This document shows, piece by piece, positions 13,201 through 25,985 of a stretch of DNA of 64,000 bases (positions are counted from its first letter, which is position 1; each line of letters begins with the position of its first letter). The notes below the pieces were generated by a model. That model did not search any database and was not told the DNA's origin. It was given only the letters and a program-made list of their open reading frames with translations. The position numbers and the translations under genes were made by a program. Source of the DNA: Mobula hypostoma (Eukaryota); contig NC_086097.1 in NCBI RefSeq assembly GCF_963921235.1, positions 230,518,001 through 230,582,000 on the forward strand. Reading direction: 5' to 3'.

Positions 13201-15073
13201 GGAATTTGGATTGTTTGCAGCCTACTGTGAAGCTATATGGGCGAATATCATCTGTGTTCTCAAGAACACAGACCATATAACTTCAAGGAAACTAAAGGAA
13301 AATAATGCAAATACTGGACGTCTCAAGCATCTCGGAAGACTGATGGAGGTAGAAACAAAGCTAACATTTTAGGTCACTGACTTTTCATCTGAACTGGTGG
13401 AAGCAGATTAGAAGGAATGCATGCATTCTTAGAGCCAAGGGATGGAGGGACAAAAGGGAAGGTCAGTGACACAGTAGAAAGTGGGAAACTAAAAATGAGT
13501 GCTTGCTCAGGGCAACTGTGGATGGCAACAGAACAAATAAAGAAACAAAAGAAGGAACAAGAGAATGTTAAATAGGACTACCATAGTTATTATCAAGAGC
13601 TATTGTCTCAAAGTAAATAGGATCTGCAATTCTCATCTGAAATTGTTGAACTCAAATGCCCGGGTGAAAAGGTTGTTATTGTTGATGAAAAGAGAAGCAG
13701 GCTTGTATGGAATTGATCTAACATTACATTTAAAAAGTATTATTTTTACTGTAATGGTACAAGAAATTTTGGCTTTAGAAAGGAAGGTAATGAAAGAGGA
13801 GGAACATTTCTTTAAATCTTCCACTGAGCTTCAATAGGAGCGCAATGATAAATGGGGTGAATTTGGGGTGGGGACCGAAAGTGACATGTCCATTATACTT
13901 GCAGAATAACAGAAATGATTCATACAATGGTCAACTAATGGGTGTGCTTCCCCTCTTGAAGAGGCCATCTTAATCTGAGCAGCCAATAAAAAGAGTAAGT
14001 TGCAAAAAACAAATTGCTTTTTCTTCTGTAAGGTAAGTCTGGGGCCTGGGAAAGTGAGACAATCAGAGATAAAGGGCAGGTGTTACACCTCCAAAGTTTG
14101 AAAAGTTGGTGTGGAATAAGAAGGATGGACAAGGACTTCAGCAGCTGAAATAATTCCTTTGGGAATGCCGAAGGGGGAGGCAGTGGGCAACACAGGTTCA
14201 CTCTATGGACACCAAAAAATGACGGAGGTCACGAAGTGGAAGGAGAGTTTAGTGATTTTGGGATGGAGGACAAAAGACAAGGCTGGAAAGCAGGAATAAA
14301 AATGAACACAGTGTAATTGTCACAACAAATGAGATGGAGAAGGTAGAACGGTGAAGCAGAGTGTGGTGGAAGGGGAGAGGAGAAATCAAAACAGCCATAG
14401 GCATTGCTGGAATTATAGAGCCATTCGAATCAAACAATTAATGAATCAGACAGCCTGGAAAAAAGGCCATTTTGCCCAACTCAACCACATTGACTGGAGG
14501 GCACCCTACTGCATTAATCTCATTTCCCATTGCCTTGTCTGCTAACCAATTCGTGTGCTCATCCAGTTGCTTCTTAAATGCTGTCTGCAACCCAGCTTCA
14601 GCCTCTTGCTCAGAAAGTGCTTTCCCGATGCTCACCATTCTCTGGATGAATAAGGTCTCTCTCATATCTTCCTTTAATCAATCCCTACCTTATGCCAAAC
14701 CTAAGTTCTCTAGTTTAATGTATCTCATATATAGGGAAATATTTCCTGCAGGGCATCGCATCTATACTCCTCATTAATTTCACCTCTCTCTCAATCATGT
14801 CACCTCATAACTTCCTTCACTTCAGATTGCACAGACCTGGCTTTTCCATTCTCTCCTCATAACCGAACTGCCACATCCTCAGCACCATCCTGGTGAATCT
14901 TCACGACAACTTCTCCAGCACAACTATCACAACTTTCCTAGAGTGCCATCAACAGAATTGTGCAGTGAAGTCTGGCAAAGGCTTGCTGGAGTGGTGTCAG
15001 GAAAGCAAGGGAAGAACCGAAGATAGATCCTGTGAAGGTGTGCAGAGATGCAAAAGGTCTGAATCAGAATCAG

Positions 15074-15556
15074 ACAACACACATCAAAGTTGCTGGTGAA
15101 CGCAGCAGGCCAGGCAGCATCTCTAGGAAGAGGCACAGTTGACGTTTCAGGCTGAGACCCTTCGTCAGGACTAACTGAAGGAAGAGCTAGTAAGAGATTT
15201 GAAAGTGGGAGGGGGAGGGGGAGATCCAAGATCATAGAAGACAGGGGGGAGGGGGGGATGGAGCCAAGAGCTGGACAGGTGATTGGCAAAAGGGATATGA
15301 GAGGATCATGGGACAGGAGGCCTAGGGAGAAGGAAAAGGGGGAGGGGGGAAAAACCCAGAGGATGGGCAAGGGGCATAGTCAGAGGGACAGAGGGAGAAA
15401 AAGGAGAGAGAGAAAGAATGTGTGTATATAAATAAATGATGGGGTACGAGGGGGAGGTGGGGCATTAGCGGAAGTTAGAGAAGTCAATGTTCATGCCCTC
15501 AGGTTGTGTGTTGCTTGAATTTCCAGCATCTGCAGAATTCCTCGTGTTTGCGTTTT
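15074..15556 (-). mobile_element. Young Penelope-like fragment with an inverted terminal segment
   Basis: Highly similar to 38570-38998 in reverse; ~15506-15556 is the element's 3' tip in the opposite orientation; sits in an (AATCAG)n tract. Confidence 0.85.
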
Positions 15557-18500
15557 AGAATCATAATCAGAATCAGGTTTATTATCACCGGTCTGTGTTG
15601 TGAAATTTGTTAACTTAGCAGCAGCAGTTCAATGCAATACATAATCTAGAAGAAAATAAATAAATGAATAACAGTAAGTATATACAGTATACCATATACA
15701 GTATGTATACTGAACAGATTGAAAAATCGTTCAGAAACAGAAATAATATATATTAAAAATAAGTGAGGTAGTGTTCACTGGTTCAATGGCCATTTAGGAA
15801 TCGGATAGCAGAGGGGAAGAAGTTGTTCCTGAATCACTGACTGTGTGCCTTCAGGCTTCTGTACCTCCTTCCTGATGGTAACAGTGAGAAAAGGGCATGT
15901 CCTGGGTGATGGGGGTGGGGGGGTCCTTAATAATGGACATCACCTTAATGGTGAACAACAAAGAAGAAGACAACAGGAAAGATTAAACAAGTGGTTAAAA
16001 CAGAAAATATTTGAAATTCAGAAGGACAGAGAGTATCTTGAGACAGGAAATTATTAATGTTATCTTTCAACAGAACATGGCAAAACTAGGATGTCTTAAA
16101 TTGTAGCAAAGGGGAAGAATTGAGAGTACAAAGAGAACATTTACTTGGGTTAGAAATCAAAGTGGCTGAGTGGAGCTCAGAGATTATTTATATGGAGTTA
16201 AGGAACATCTCTTGAAAGTTTCCTTCAAAATACTATACTGCCTTGTCCTCGAAGAAAGGCAGAATTCCCCAGTTACTGAAGGTCAAAATCCTGGAACTGA
16301 ACAACTATGCATTAGCAAAAGAAGATCAATTTTGTTCAGTTCTTTCTACAAATTCTGTTTCCTTCCACCAACTCCATCCCTCTCACTGAATCTGACGCAC
16401 AACCAGGTAGGATGTAAATGTGCATTTATTTGACTTGGTTGCGTTCATGCCCAAGTTTACAACAATTAAGTGAGGTTATTTTCACCATCATGATACCAGT
16501 CCTGCCTCAGCTTAACTTCCATTGAACTTCTGAGCCAGAACTTAAATATTTCTAAAGATTACAATTTCAATAATATCATAATGAGTGTGCCACTTTCCTT
16601 TAACTTGAACTCTGCCTAAACATTTCTGTTTATAGAACAGTACAGGCCCTTCAGCCCATGATATTGAGCTGATTTTTTAAACCTACTCCATGATCAATCT
16701 AACCCTCCCTCCCAATGAATGATGGACTGGTATTCCTGAATCCCTCTGTTCTACAGCCCTCGTCAGTGCCCTTCCATTCGCTGTGTAAGACCTACCCTGG
16801 TTGGTCCTACTGAAGTGCAACACCTCACACTTGTCCTCAGCATTAATTTTTACTTCACAACACTCCTCTGTATCACCATGTGAATCTTACTGTATGAAGC
16901 ACAGTGTGCAGGTATGCAGGAAAACTTTGTCAGTATCCACACTACATATGAAGCGGACATTTTTAATGACGGGTTACCTACACGTAAAAAGAACAAATAA
17001 AGACAAGTAATAAATGCTGGCTCTGACAGAAATTTACACAACTGTGTCAAATAGTCATAGTCATAGTCATACTTTATTGATCCCAGGGGAAATTCATCTG
17101 ATTATGCCAAAAATACTCCTGCTTTCTATACTATCACAAACCCTCTGTTTCTCCTCTTCTTTCCTTCCTTACCCTCTGAAATTAAAAAAAGGCTTTCCCA
17201 AATGGGACAAAAAGTCAGTGATGTGAAACATCAGCCATTTCTCTTCCCACAATTGCTGCCTAATCAACCAACTATTTCCATTTTATTTCAGAATGTTCAG
17301 CATCTGGGGTATTTTTATTTCATGTCCATAAAAAAAGAACAAAGAACCTCCAATCTAGTGGCATTAAAGACTAGAATTAATGATACGGAAGTCTATTTCT
17401 AAATGTTAATGTATCACAGGAATTATTAGCTTCCCCCTCCTCTTCCATCTTGTCTGAATTGCTCACGGTACCATATAAAGTCCTGCAAAATGGAAATCCC
17501 AGTTCTAATCTGAGATGATGACAAGTAATTTTGGATACCGTGTGCTGTGCAGACTATCAGCAATAAATCAAGTCAAGTCAAGTCAAGTCACTTTTTATTG
17601 TCATTTCAACCACAACTGCTGGTACAGTACATGGTAAAAACGAGACGACGTTTTTCAGGTCCAGCTCTCCTCAAAATCAGTGCAGTTCTTCACAGGTTAC
17701 TGAAGAAATGCTCCTGGAATATTAACATTGTCCTTGTTCTTCTGACTCTAACATGATAAATGGCAAAGAGACAGGTATGCAATTCACAAGTCTTTTTATA
17801 TTGAAAGCCAGTAATAAAAAAAAATCAGCATTAGGAGCCTAGTTCATTTTCTGCAGCATTAGTAGCCTGTCTCCCACTGGCTCCAGTTCAATCACTCTAA
17901 ACTGGGCAGACAGACTTTCATGACACAATGACATAAAGCAGACTGAGAAAAAAACCCCGTGCTCCACAATTCCACTCCCTGACACACAGAGCACAATGTC
18001 CTTTTTAGATATTAGACGGTCAACCCTAATACGCAGAGAATGCAACAACAGTCAGGCTCTAGCCATTAATACCGCAGTCTTTTTCTCAGAAGCGTTTGAG
18101 GAAGAGAATTTTAGTATACCACACAATCAATAGGAGTGACTCAGAAGGCTAAAACTGCAGCTATAAAGAGCTCAGCACCATAGAATCTGTCACTGCAGCA
18201 CAGTTTGTCAAATTGACAGCAAGATCATTACAGAGAATTCTTGTTTCATCCTAAAATATTAAGGAGGAAAAATGATAATATTATATATTTATTCTGTCCA
18301 TGAGCTAGGCCAGAAGAATCAGAACATCTGCAAAACCAATCAAATAGACAGCGCCTGATGCCTGGGAAATAAACATAATGGCAGCCCGTCATATTTTTTA
18401 AAAAGCAAATTAATTTTACACACAAAAAAATGAAAACCAATTTTATTAAAATGAATTATACAATCAGGGTATGTTCATTATATGAATGTCCTGAATTAAT

Positions 18501-18628
18501 ATTTTTTGTTATGCATTGCACTGTAATGGTGCTGCAAAACACTGTATGTCAGGGATATTAAACCTGATTCACTTGGGCAACATTTAACTTTGTTGAAACA
18601 TTATTAAAAATATGAAGAAAACATTTAC

Positions 18629-18707
18629 ACAGAGCTGCCTCAGTGTTGATTTTCTCTTGACGTGCTTCAATCTCTTTTTTATTCTTTCTGAATCTTTTCA
18701 TGTCTAC
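18629..18707 (-). CDS. Possible isolated coding exon of an unidentified host gene
   Basis: Acceptor TTTTTCTCTAG, weak donor GTAAAT, open frame VDMKRFRKNKKEIEARQEKINTEAAL in apparently non-repetitive DNA. Confidence 0.25.
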
Positions 18708-19275
18708 CTAGAGAAAAACTAGAATATAAACCCAAGCTGCCATTTCAACAAGTCAGAAATCCTTGAGTTAAATGCAAGATGTTCTTTTCCCTCTCCTAGA
18801 AGATAAAATGAGGGATTAAATCACCATTTCTGTCAAAACAACTCATGCTGTCAGCAGTGTTCAGTTATATGCATGAATATTACAAGCTACAGGTTTTTAA
18901 GAACCCAGAAGGGCCTAAAGTTGTCTAGAAATGCTCATTATTCAGCATGTAAAATTTAGCTGTCTTGTTTTATTTAAATGAAGCAAACTCTCCAGGGCAT
19001 GCAAAATACCTATTATTTTGTCAGATTATATACTTTTTGTTTATGTTTAAGTAATGACTGTCTCATTGCATTGATTCAAACACAGGCTGGAAGGATTGTG
19101 CTGTGATTGCATACACAAGTAGACAACATGATTGAGTATTGGAATAATGATTTATAATGAAAATCAAGTTTCTTGGTGAAGTCTAGAAGTTCAGGTTAAC
19201 AAAAGTAATGTGGTGGGGGTTGGGGTGGTGTCAAAAACATTTGAGCTTTAGCTTGTTTAAATTAAAAGTTACATG

Positions 19276-19790
19276 CCTTTGAGCAGAAATTCCTACGGAA
19301 GCTAGTGGATTCAGCCCAGTACGTCACGGGTAAAAACCCCCACAACCATTGAGCACATCTACATGAAATGCTGCCAGAGAAAAGCAGCATCCATCATCAA
19401 AGATCCCCACCACTTAGGTCATTCTCTTTTCTCCCTGCTGCCTTCAGGTGGAAGATACAGGAGCCTCAGGACTTGCAACATCAGGTTCAAGAACAGTTAC
19501 TACTCCTCAACCATCAGGCTCTTGAACAAAAGGGGATAAGTATGCTCATTCTACTTCTGGTGTTCCTGCAACTGATTGTCTCATTTTCAGGATTCTTTAT
19601 CATGTAATTTCATACTCGTTATTTAATGCTATTTATTTATATCTACATTTGCATAGTTTGCTGTCTATTGATTTTGTTTACAAGACCTGTTCTAGAGATT
19701 TGCTAAGTACACCCACAGAAAAAGAATCTCAGGGTTGTATGTGGTGATACGTATGTATTCTGATAATAAATTTTACTTTGAACTTTGAAC
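19276..19790 (+). mobile_element. Rex1/Babar-type LINE 3' fragment
   Basis: Clear nucleotide similarity to 2258-2720. Confidence 0.8.
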
Positions 19791-20024
19791 ATTTCAGATA
19801 TATATATATACACACACACCTACAGCCTTTTGTGTGTGTTGCTTTACATTTCCAGAATCTGTAGACTTTCTCATGTTTGCAAATTTCATGATATATGTGA
19901 GTGATGATAAACCTGGTTCTGATATGGGTCTCCATTGTGGATTGAGAGTGGGAAGGGGCAGGGAGAGAGGAGTTAAGGTTGGGAATAGCAGAAGGGAGAA
20001 GGGAGTGGGAAGTACCAGAGAGAC

Positions 20025-21240
20025 AAATACAAGAAAATCTTCTGATGCTGGAGATCCATGGAAAAGAGTAAACAGTTGATGTTTTGGGCTGAGACCCTTC
20101 TTAAGCACTGGAAAAGGAAGGGGAAAAGTCAAAGTAAGATGGTGGGGAGAGGGGAGGAAGAATTACAAGGCCGTAGATGATAGGTGAAATTGGGAGGGGT
20201 GAAGTAAAGAGCTGGGAAGTTGATTGGTGAAAGAGATAAAGGGTTGAAGAAGGAGAAATCTGATAGGAGAGGATAGAAGATCATAGAAGAAAGGGAATGA
20301 GGTGGTGAGAGAGGGGTGATAGGCAGGTAATGGGACAGGTAAGAGGGGGAACAGGAATGGGGAATGGTGGGCAGTTACCCAAAGTTCAAGCAATCAATGT
20401 TCATGCCATCAGGTTGGAGGTTATCCAGATGGAATATAGGGTGTTGCTCCTCCAACCTGAGTGTGGCCTCACCGTGGCAGTAGAGAAGGCTATGGACTGA
20501 CTTGTTGGAATGGGAAGTAGAACTGAAATGGGTGGCCACCAGGAGATCTTGCTTTTTCTGGTGGGTGAAGAATAGGTGCTCAGCGATGCAGTCTTCCAGT
20601 CTGTCAGGTCTCACTGGTATACAGGAGGCCACATGGGGAGCACCGGACACAGTAGGTGACCCCAACAGACTTCCAGGTGTTGCCTCACCTGGAAGGACTG
20701 TTTGGGGCCCTGAATGATAGTGAGGGAGGAGGTGTGGCACTTATTCCATTCGCAAAAATGTGCCAGGAGGGAGATCAGTGGGGAGGGACAAATGGAAATG
20801 GGAGTCATGTAGGGAGCAAAAAGTGGGGGTGGGGGGGGCGGGGGAGGAATGGATGTGCTTGGTAGTGGGATCCCAGTAGAGGTGATGGAAGTTATGGAGA
20901 ATTATGTCTGGACATGGAGGTTAGTTGGGTGGTAGGTGAAGACAAGAGGAACCCTATCCCTGGTGTGGCGGCGGGAGGATGGGGTGAGGGTAAACGTACA
21001 CAAAATGGAAGAGATGCAGGTGAGGGCATCAGCTGTCTCCAGAGATAGAGATGGAGAGTTCTAGAAAGGAGAGAGAGGTGTTGGAAATGGAGCAAGTAAA
21101 TTTGAGGTCAGGGTGGAAGTTGGCAGCAAAGATGATGAAGTTGACGAATTCAGCATGGATGCAGGAAGCAGCACCAATGCAGTTTGTCAATGCAGCGCAG
21201 GAAAAGTAGGGAAGCGATACCGGTATAGGCTTAGCTGGGA
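20025..21240 (-). mobile_element. Penelope-like element fragment (GIY-YIG region), degenerate
   Basis: IQGPKQSFQVRQH, IAEHL, VATHFSS, LRLEEQHPIFHLDNLQPDGMNID. Confidence 0.88.
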
Positions 21241-21799
21241 CTTATGTGAGTGCCCATGGCTACACCTTTGGTTTGAGAGACATTCTGTATTGATCAATAA
21301 ACCAATCGTTTGGAATCAAATGACCTTGCCTGGTGTCTCAGGTTTGGGTATGTCTGCACCCACATGGCCCCTTACCCCTGGCACTCCCACTCTGCCACCT
21401 GTCCCACATCCCTCCCACAGTGCTCCACCCTCACGATCCCAAACATTTTTTGCTCCCGTCAGATTTACAAACTCACACTCCACTCCACATTGACAAATAC
21501 AATACTGTGTAAAAGTCATATTATACCTAAGATTTTTACACCAGTACTTTTCATAATATATTTTATGTATTGCACTGTACTGCTACCGAAAAACAACAAA
21601 TTTCATGACAAAAATCAGTGATAATAAACCTGATTCTGATTATACATTATTAAATCATCGGATATAAAGCTGTCTGTACAGCAATAAAATAAAAGAATTT
21701 CCAGCATCTGCAGATTTCCTCGTGTTTGCAAGCAAACATTGTAATCTCTTTTTGACTTTCAAAACCTGTTTGGAGCAGAATGAACTACATTAGTGAACG

Positions 21800-21931
21800 C
21801 AAACAACAGGAATTCTGCAGATGCTGGAAATTCAAGCAACATACATCAAAGTTGCTGGTGAACGCAGCAGGCCAAGCAGCATCTATAGGAAGAGGCGCAG
21901 TCGACGTTTCAGGCCAAGACCCTTCGTCAGG
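21800..21931 (-). mobile_element. 132-bp Penelope-derived mini-insertion with 13-bp TSD
   Basis: ACATTAGTGAACG at 21787-21799 and 21932-21944; insert runs from the hammerhead core to the element 3' tip. Confidence 0.9.
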
Positions 21932-22487
21932 ACATTAGTGAACGATTGTTTTAGAAGTAACAGAACAATTAGTTAATTCACTTAGATAGACAACACAAGC
22001 TATTGAGATTACTGGTCAGATAAACTCTGTGCAAAACCATCCAGCTCCATACAGAAATTATGAATGTGGCCATGTCTATACTAACCTAAAATTTGAGTGG
22101 AATTTAGCAGAAGTATAATTATTTAACTCCTGCTCTCTTCCTAAGATTCAGTATGTTATACCCCGAGATAATTTCCACTTCTGCTCCTCTTCTAAATCCC
22201 CAGTAGTTATCAATTACCCTTTTACATCGTCCTGCTTCTACTGGTCTCCAACATAGCGCTGCCACAAGAAAGCAGTATCCATCATCAGACATCCCCACTA
22301 GCCAGACCATGCCCTCTTCTCGTTACTACGCAGGAAGTACAGAAGCCGTAGGTCCCACACTATCAGGTTCAGGAACAGATACTACCCTCCAATCATCAGG
22401 CAGACACTTGAACCAGTGTTGATTCAGTGATGTCATTCACCACTACTCTGAACTGATTCCACGACCTACAACTCAATGGTCTCAATA

Positions 22488-23387
22488 CAGGTTGACTACT
22501 CCTCATCCGAAATCCGAATTTTTTTCTTAGTGCTGACGTGGCATCACAAATGGAAAATTCCATAAGGTGTTGGGAAAGGTCCTCAGGTAAAACACAGGTC
22601 TCTGCACACCACAGAGAGTTCTGAGAACTGACCTCACATATGAAATGAACTAAAGTTAATAAAAAAAATAGAAAAACACAGCATAAAGTGAAAAATCAAG
22701 ATCTCAACCATGTATCATCAGCATTGGCGTGAACATATGCCGCTTAACGGTATGCTGATCATGAAACAAAGGTCTAGCAGGACAAACTGAAAATTGAAGG
22801 TAATTGTGAATATTCAGCAGGCTGGTTGCAGAAATTTAAGAAATGGCACGGCATTAAATTCTGAAAGCATCTGCTGATTAGGAAAATCTAGCACCAGAAC
22901 AAGTCTATGATGCTGATGGTTTTTATACCTTATATAATGGCATTAAATTTTCAAAGCGTTGCTGATGAAAATCTAACACCAGGACAAGTCTACAATGCTG
23001 ATTGCTTGTATACTTTACATAAAGCCTAACAAAATACAAATAGAGTGTACTGTAAGCCTTTTAATCAACACGGCATCATAGGCGGAGACTGAAAGCCTGC
23101 TCGTTTGTTTTTGTTCAACAGCTAATTCAGGTATTCTCTCAATTTTGCCGTGACACTTTTGTAATGCTGCACACATTACATTTTCATTATACAGTATAAT
23201 AATTTTTACTGTTAAGTGCATACGTAGGATGAATAAGTGTAAGCAAAGACTGCCTACTGGCACATAAGTACGGAGTCGGAAATGAAGACGACCAAGCTAT
23301 AGAATCATACATTCCAAGATCCCAAAAAATTCAAAATCCAAAATACTTCCAGGCCCCAATCATTTCGGATAAGGGGTACTCAACCTG
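22488..23387 (+). mobile_element. Tigger/pogo-like DNA transposon deletion derivative, inside a Rex1-type 3' fragment
   Basis: TIRs CAGGTTGACTACTCCTCATCCGAAA / TTTCGGATAAGGGGTACTCAACCTG; CENP-B-type HTH remnant EYSAGWLQKFKKWHGIKF; ENLTPGQVYNAD. Confidence 0.85.
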
Positions 23388-24040
23388 TGTTACTTTTACC
23401 TGCACAGTTTGTCTTCTTTCATAAATGCAGAAGACATTTACGAAAGAAGTATCTTCAGTCAGTCTTTATGTTTAAGTTTTCTCATAAAATTCTATTGTAT
23501 TACTTTTTTGCTGCAAATGCCTGCAAGAAAATGAATCTCAGGTAATATAAGGTAACATATATACATAACTTAGTTAATAAATTTACTTTAAACTTCGCTC
23601 AGTAAGTGCCCTGCCTAATGAAAGCAGGGCTGCTCCTTAATGAGTTGTGCTGGAGACTGCTAATAGGTCCAACATGTTAAGTATCTTTTAAATGTTTTTT
23701 TTATCACTAAAGTAGAACTTTTCACAACTGTCTGTAAGGAGTTTGTACCTTCTCCCTCGTGCTGCACCGTCTTCCTATGGATGCTCCGTTTTCCTCTCAC
23801 ATTGCAATACGTATAAGTTAGTAAGTTGTGGACATACTCTGTTAGCAACTCTTGCAGGACGTCCCCAGCACATCCTCGTACTCTGTTGGTCGTTGATGCA
23901 AACTACGCATTTCACTGTATGCTTTAATGTAAGGTGACATATGAAAGTAATCTTAATATTTATAAATCAAAGTTATTGAAGCTTCATGGACCTCCATGTG
24001 ATATTTCCCCAGATGGGGTCACAGATTCCAAGTCGGGATC

Positions 24041-24175
24041 TTGGAACAATATGGCTGGGATTCATCCGCTGAGCCACAAGTCACCAGTCAAGACATGATA
24101 CGCTTTGTTAAAGCTAACAGAACCGTGGTGGTGGATGTAACAATCCAATATGAAGGCAACGGCCAGTCGAAGCTG
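24041..24175 (+). mobile_element. Degenerate restriction-like endonuclease fragment of an R2-like retrotransposon
   Basis: GW...EP...DMIRFVK....VVDVTIQYE resembles the GW..EP..PDLIFVK..VVDVTVRYE motif. Confidence 0.55.
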
Positions 24176-25985
24176 CTGGACCTGTATAGATACACAAGCA
24201 GACTCTTAAGAAGTACCTCTTCTGTTCAAGCCAACAGCTGGAACAACCCATACAAAAAAGGTAGACAGTGTACAATATCTGTCACCAATGGAGAAATAAA
24301 ATATAGAAGTATGGATCTGCTAGTCGGACGAAGATAATTTTAAAAAATCTACCCCACTCCCCTCCCCTGCAACTCCTGGCCCTCAAGAGTACAAACCAAG
24401 AGCAGACAGCCAGAAAAGTGTGCAGCCCAGCACGAAACTATAATCTGGAACAGATCTGTTCTGTTTGAAGATGGTGATAGATTGGAGAGAATGACTTGAC
24501 GAGCTTGAGGTTGTAATAATATAGGCCATTCCTGGTTTAAGAATATGCCCCCATGATATTATTACATTCTGAACTCTGACACATGCATTTGTTCCCATGA
24601 GCAGCAGAGTTTTCACTTTCCAATTTTAGTAATTGTTCTTTCTTAACAGTCCTATATGTTTTTGATACCATTTATTACAATATTCAGACTTACAAATCAT
24701 CTTATTTGTGAAAACAGAACCCACTTGTTGCCTGGGGTTAGCCTGCATGGCACAAATGAGGTAAATAGGGAACTATGTCGGGGTATAACTATATTTGCAC
24801 AATGAGGACATGTCTTTCTTTAAGGAAAGCTGCTTCAGCACTGCAATCTAACCTAAGTTATGACAGGCTCACTCTTAGTATATTTGTCCTTCCCTTCCCA
24901 ACAACTTCTTTCCTCTTCAGCCTCAACAGAATGGTGCAGATATTGGCCCTTTCGGCTTAAAGTGCCAGAATGCTCATATGTCAGATATTGCCAGGCACGT
25001 TAACAGTTGGTGGTCTACTATGCTTCTGTAAGACATGACCTTACAACTTCAGGACTTCAATGTGAAGTCTGTGTAATTGAATCTGCTTTTCTGAATCAGG
25101 TTTATTACCATTGACACATGTCATAAAATGTGTTATTTTGCGGCAACAGTACACAAGACACAAAAATTACAATAAGTTACACATGTAAATAAAGTATACA
25201 AAAGACATAACGAGTATCTTCGTGATATTTAAAAAAAGAAAATCATTAGCAAATGCAATAGACAGAAAGATCACTTATTGATCATTTTGAACATAGCCTG
25301 TTGAATTGCACAAAATTATAGTGATTTATCACGAATTTTATCATACTCTATTCAAAATTCAACTTCTTAAAAAAGGATTCCTGATAAGGTGGAGAGGTGA
25401 AAAGGGGAGTAGCATTGGGAGCTCAGCTTTAAAATCTAAACATATTTTTCAATAAAATGCATTACGTTTTAATCCTCTCATGAGACAGATAATAGATATT
25501 AAAGCATTCATTGTTGTACAATTCAATATCACTGCATTCAAGGATAACCAGAAACTGAAAACCATTATGATAAAAATAATGAAACGTCTAGCAAGCTACT
25601 CAATGAGGTAGTCTGTACTCTTGCTGAATCTCAAGAAAAATGACGGCACTTCACCAACTAACCAAGACTTTATTCTTCAGATTATTTCCAGTTTAGAAAC
25701 AGTCTACTATGTTCTAAAGAAAAGAATTTAAGTGATTCAATAGTTAAGATCAAATCATAACAGCAGAAACAAAAGCTAAGTTGTGTTGCCCACTGTTATA
25801 AAACAACCCCCGTGCTACAATACAAGAAATGTCACTTTTCAGTAATATTTTCAGATGAGGGAGAGTCTCCTTTCCCAGGTAGATACAGAAGATTGAATAA
25901 GACTATTTGGGAGAACTCTGCTGATCTTCTGCAGGGACCTGGCTAAAATTTACTCCTCAACAAATGAGATGAAAGCCAATTTATC

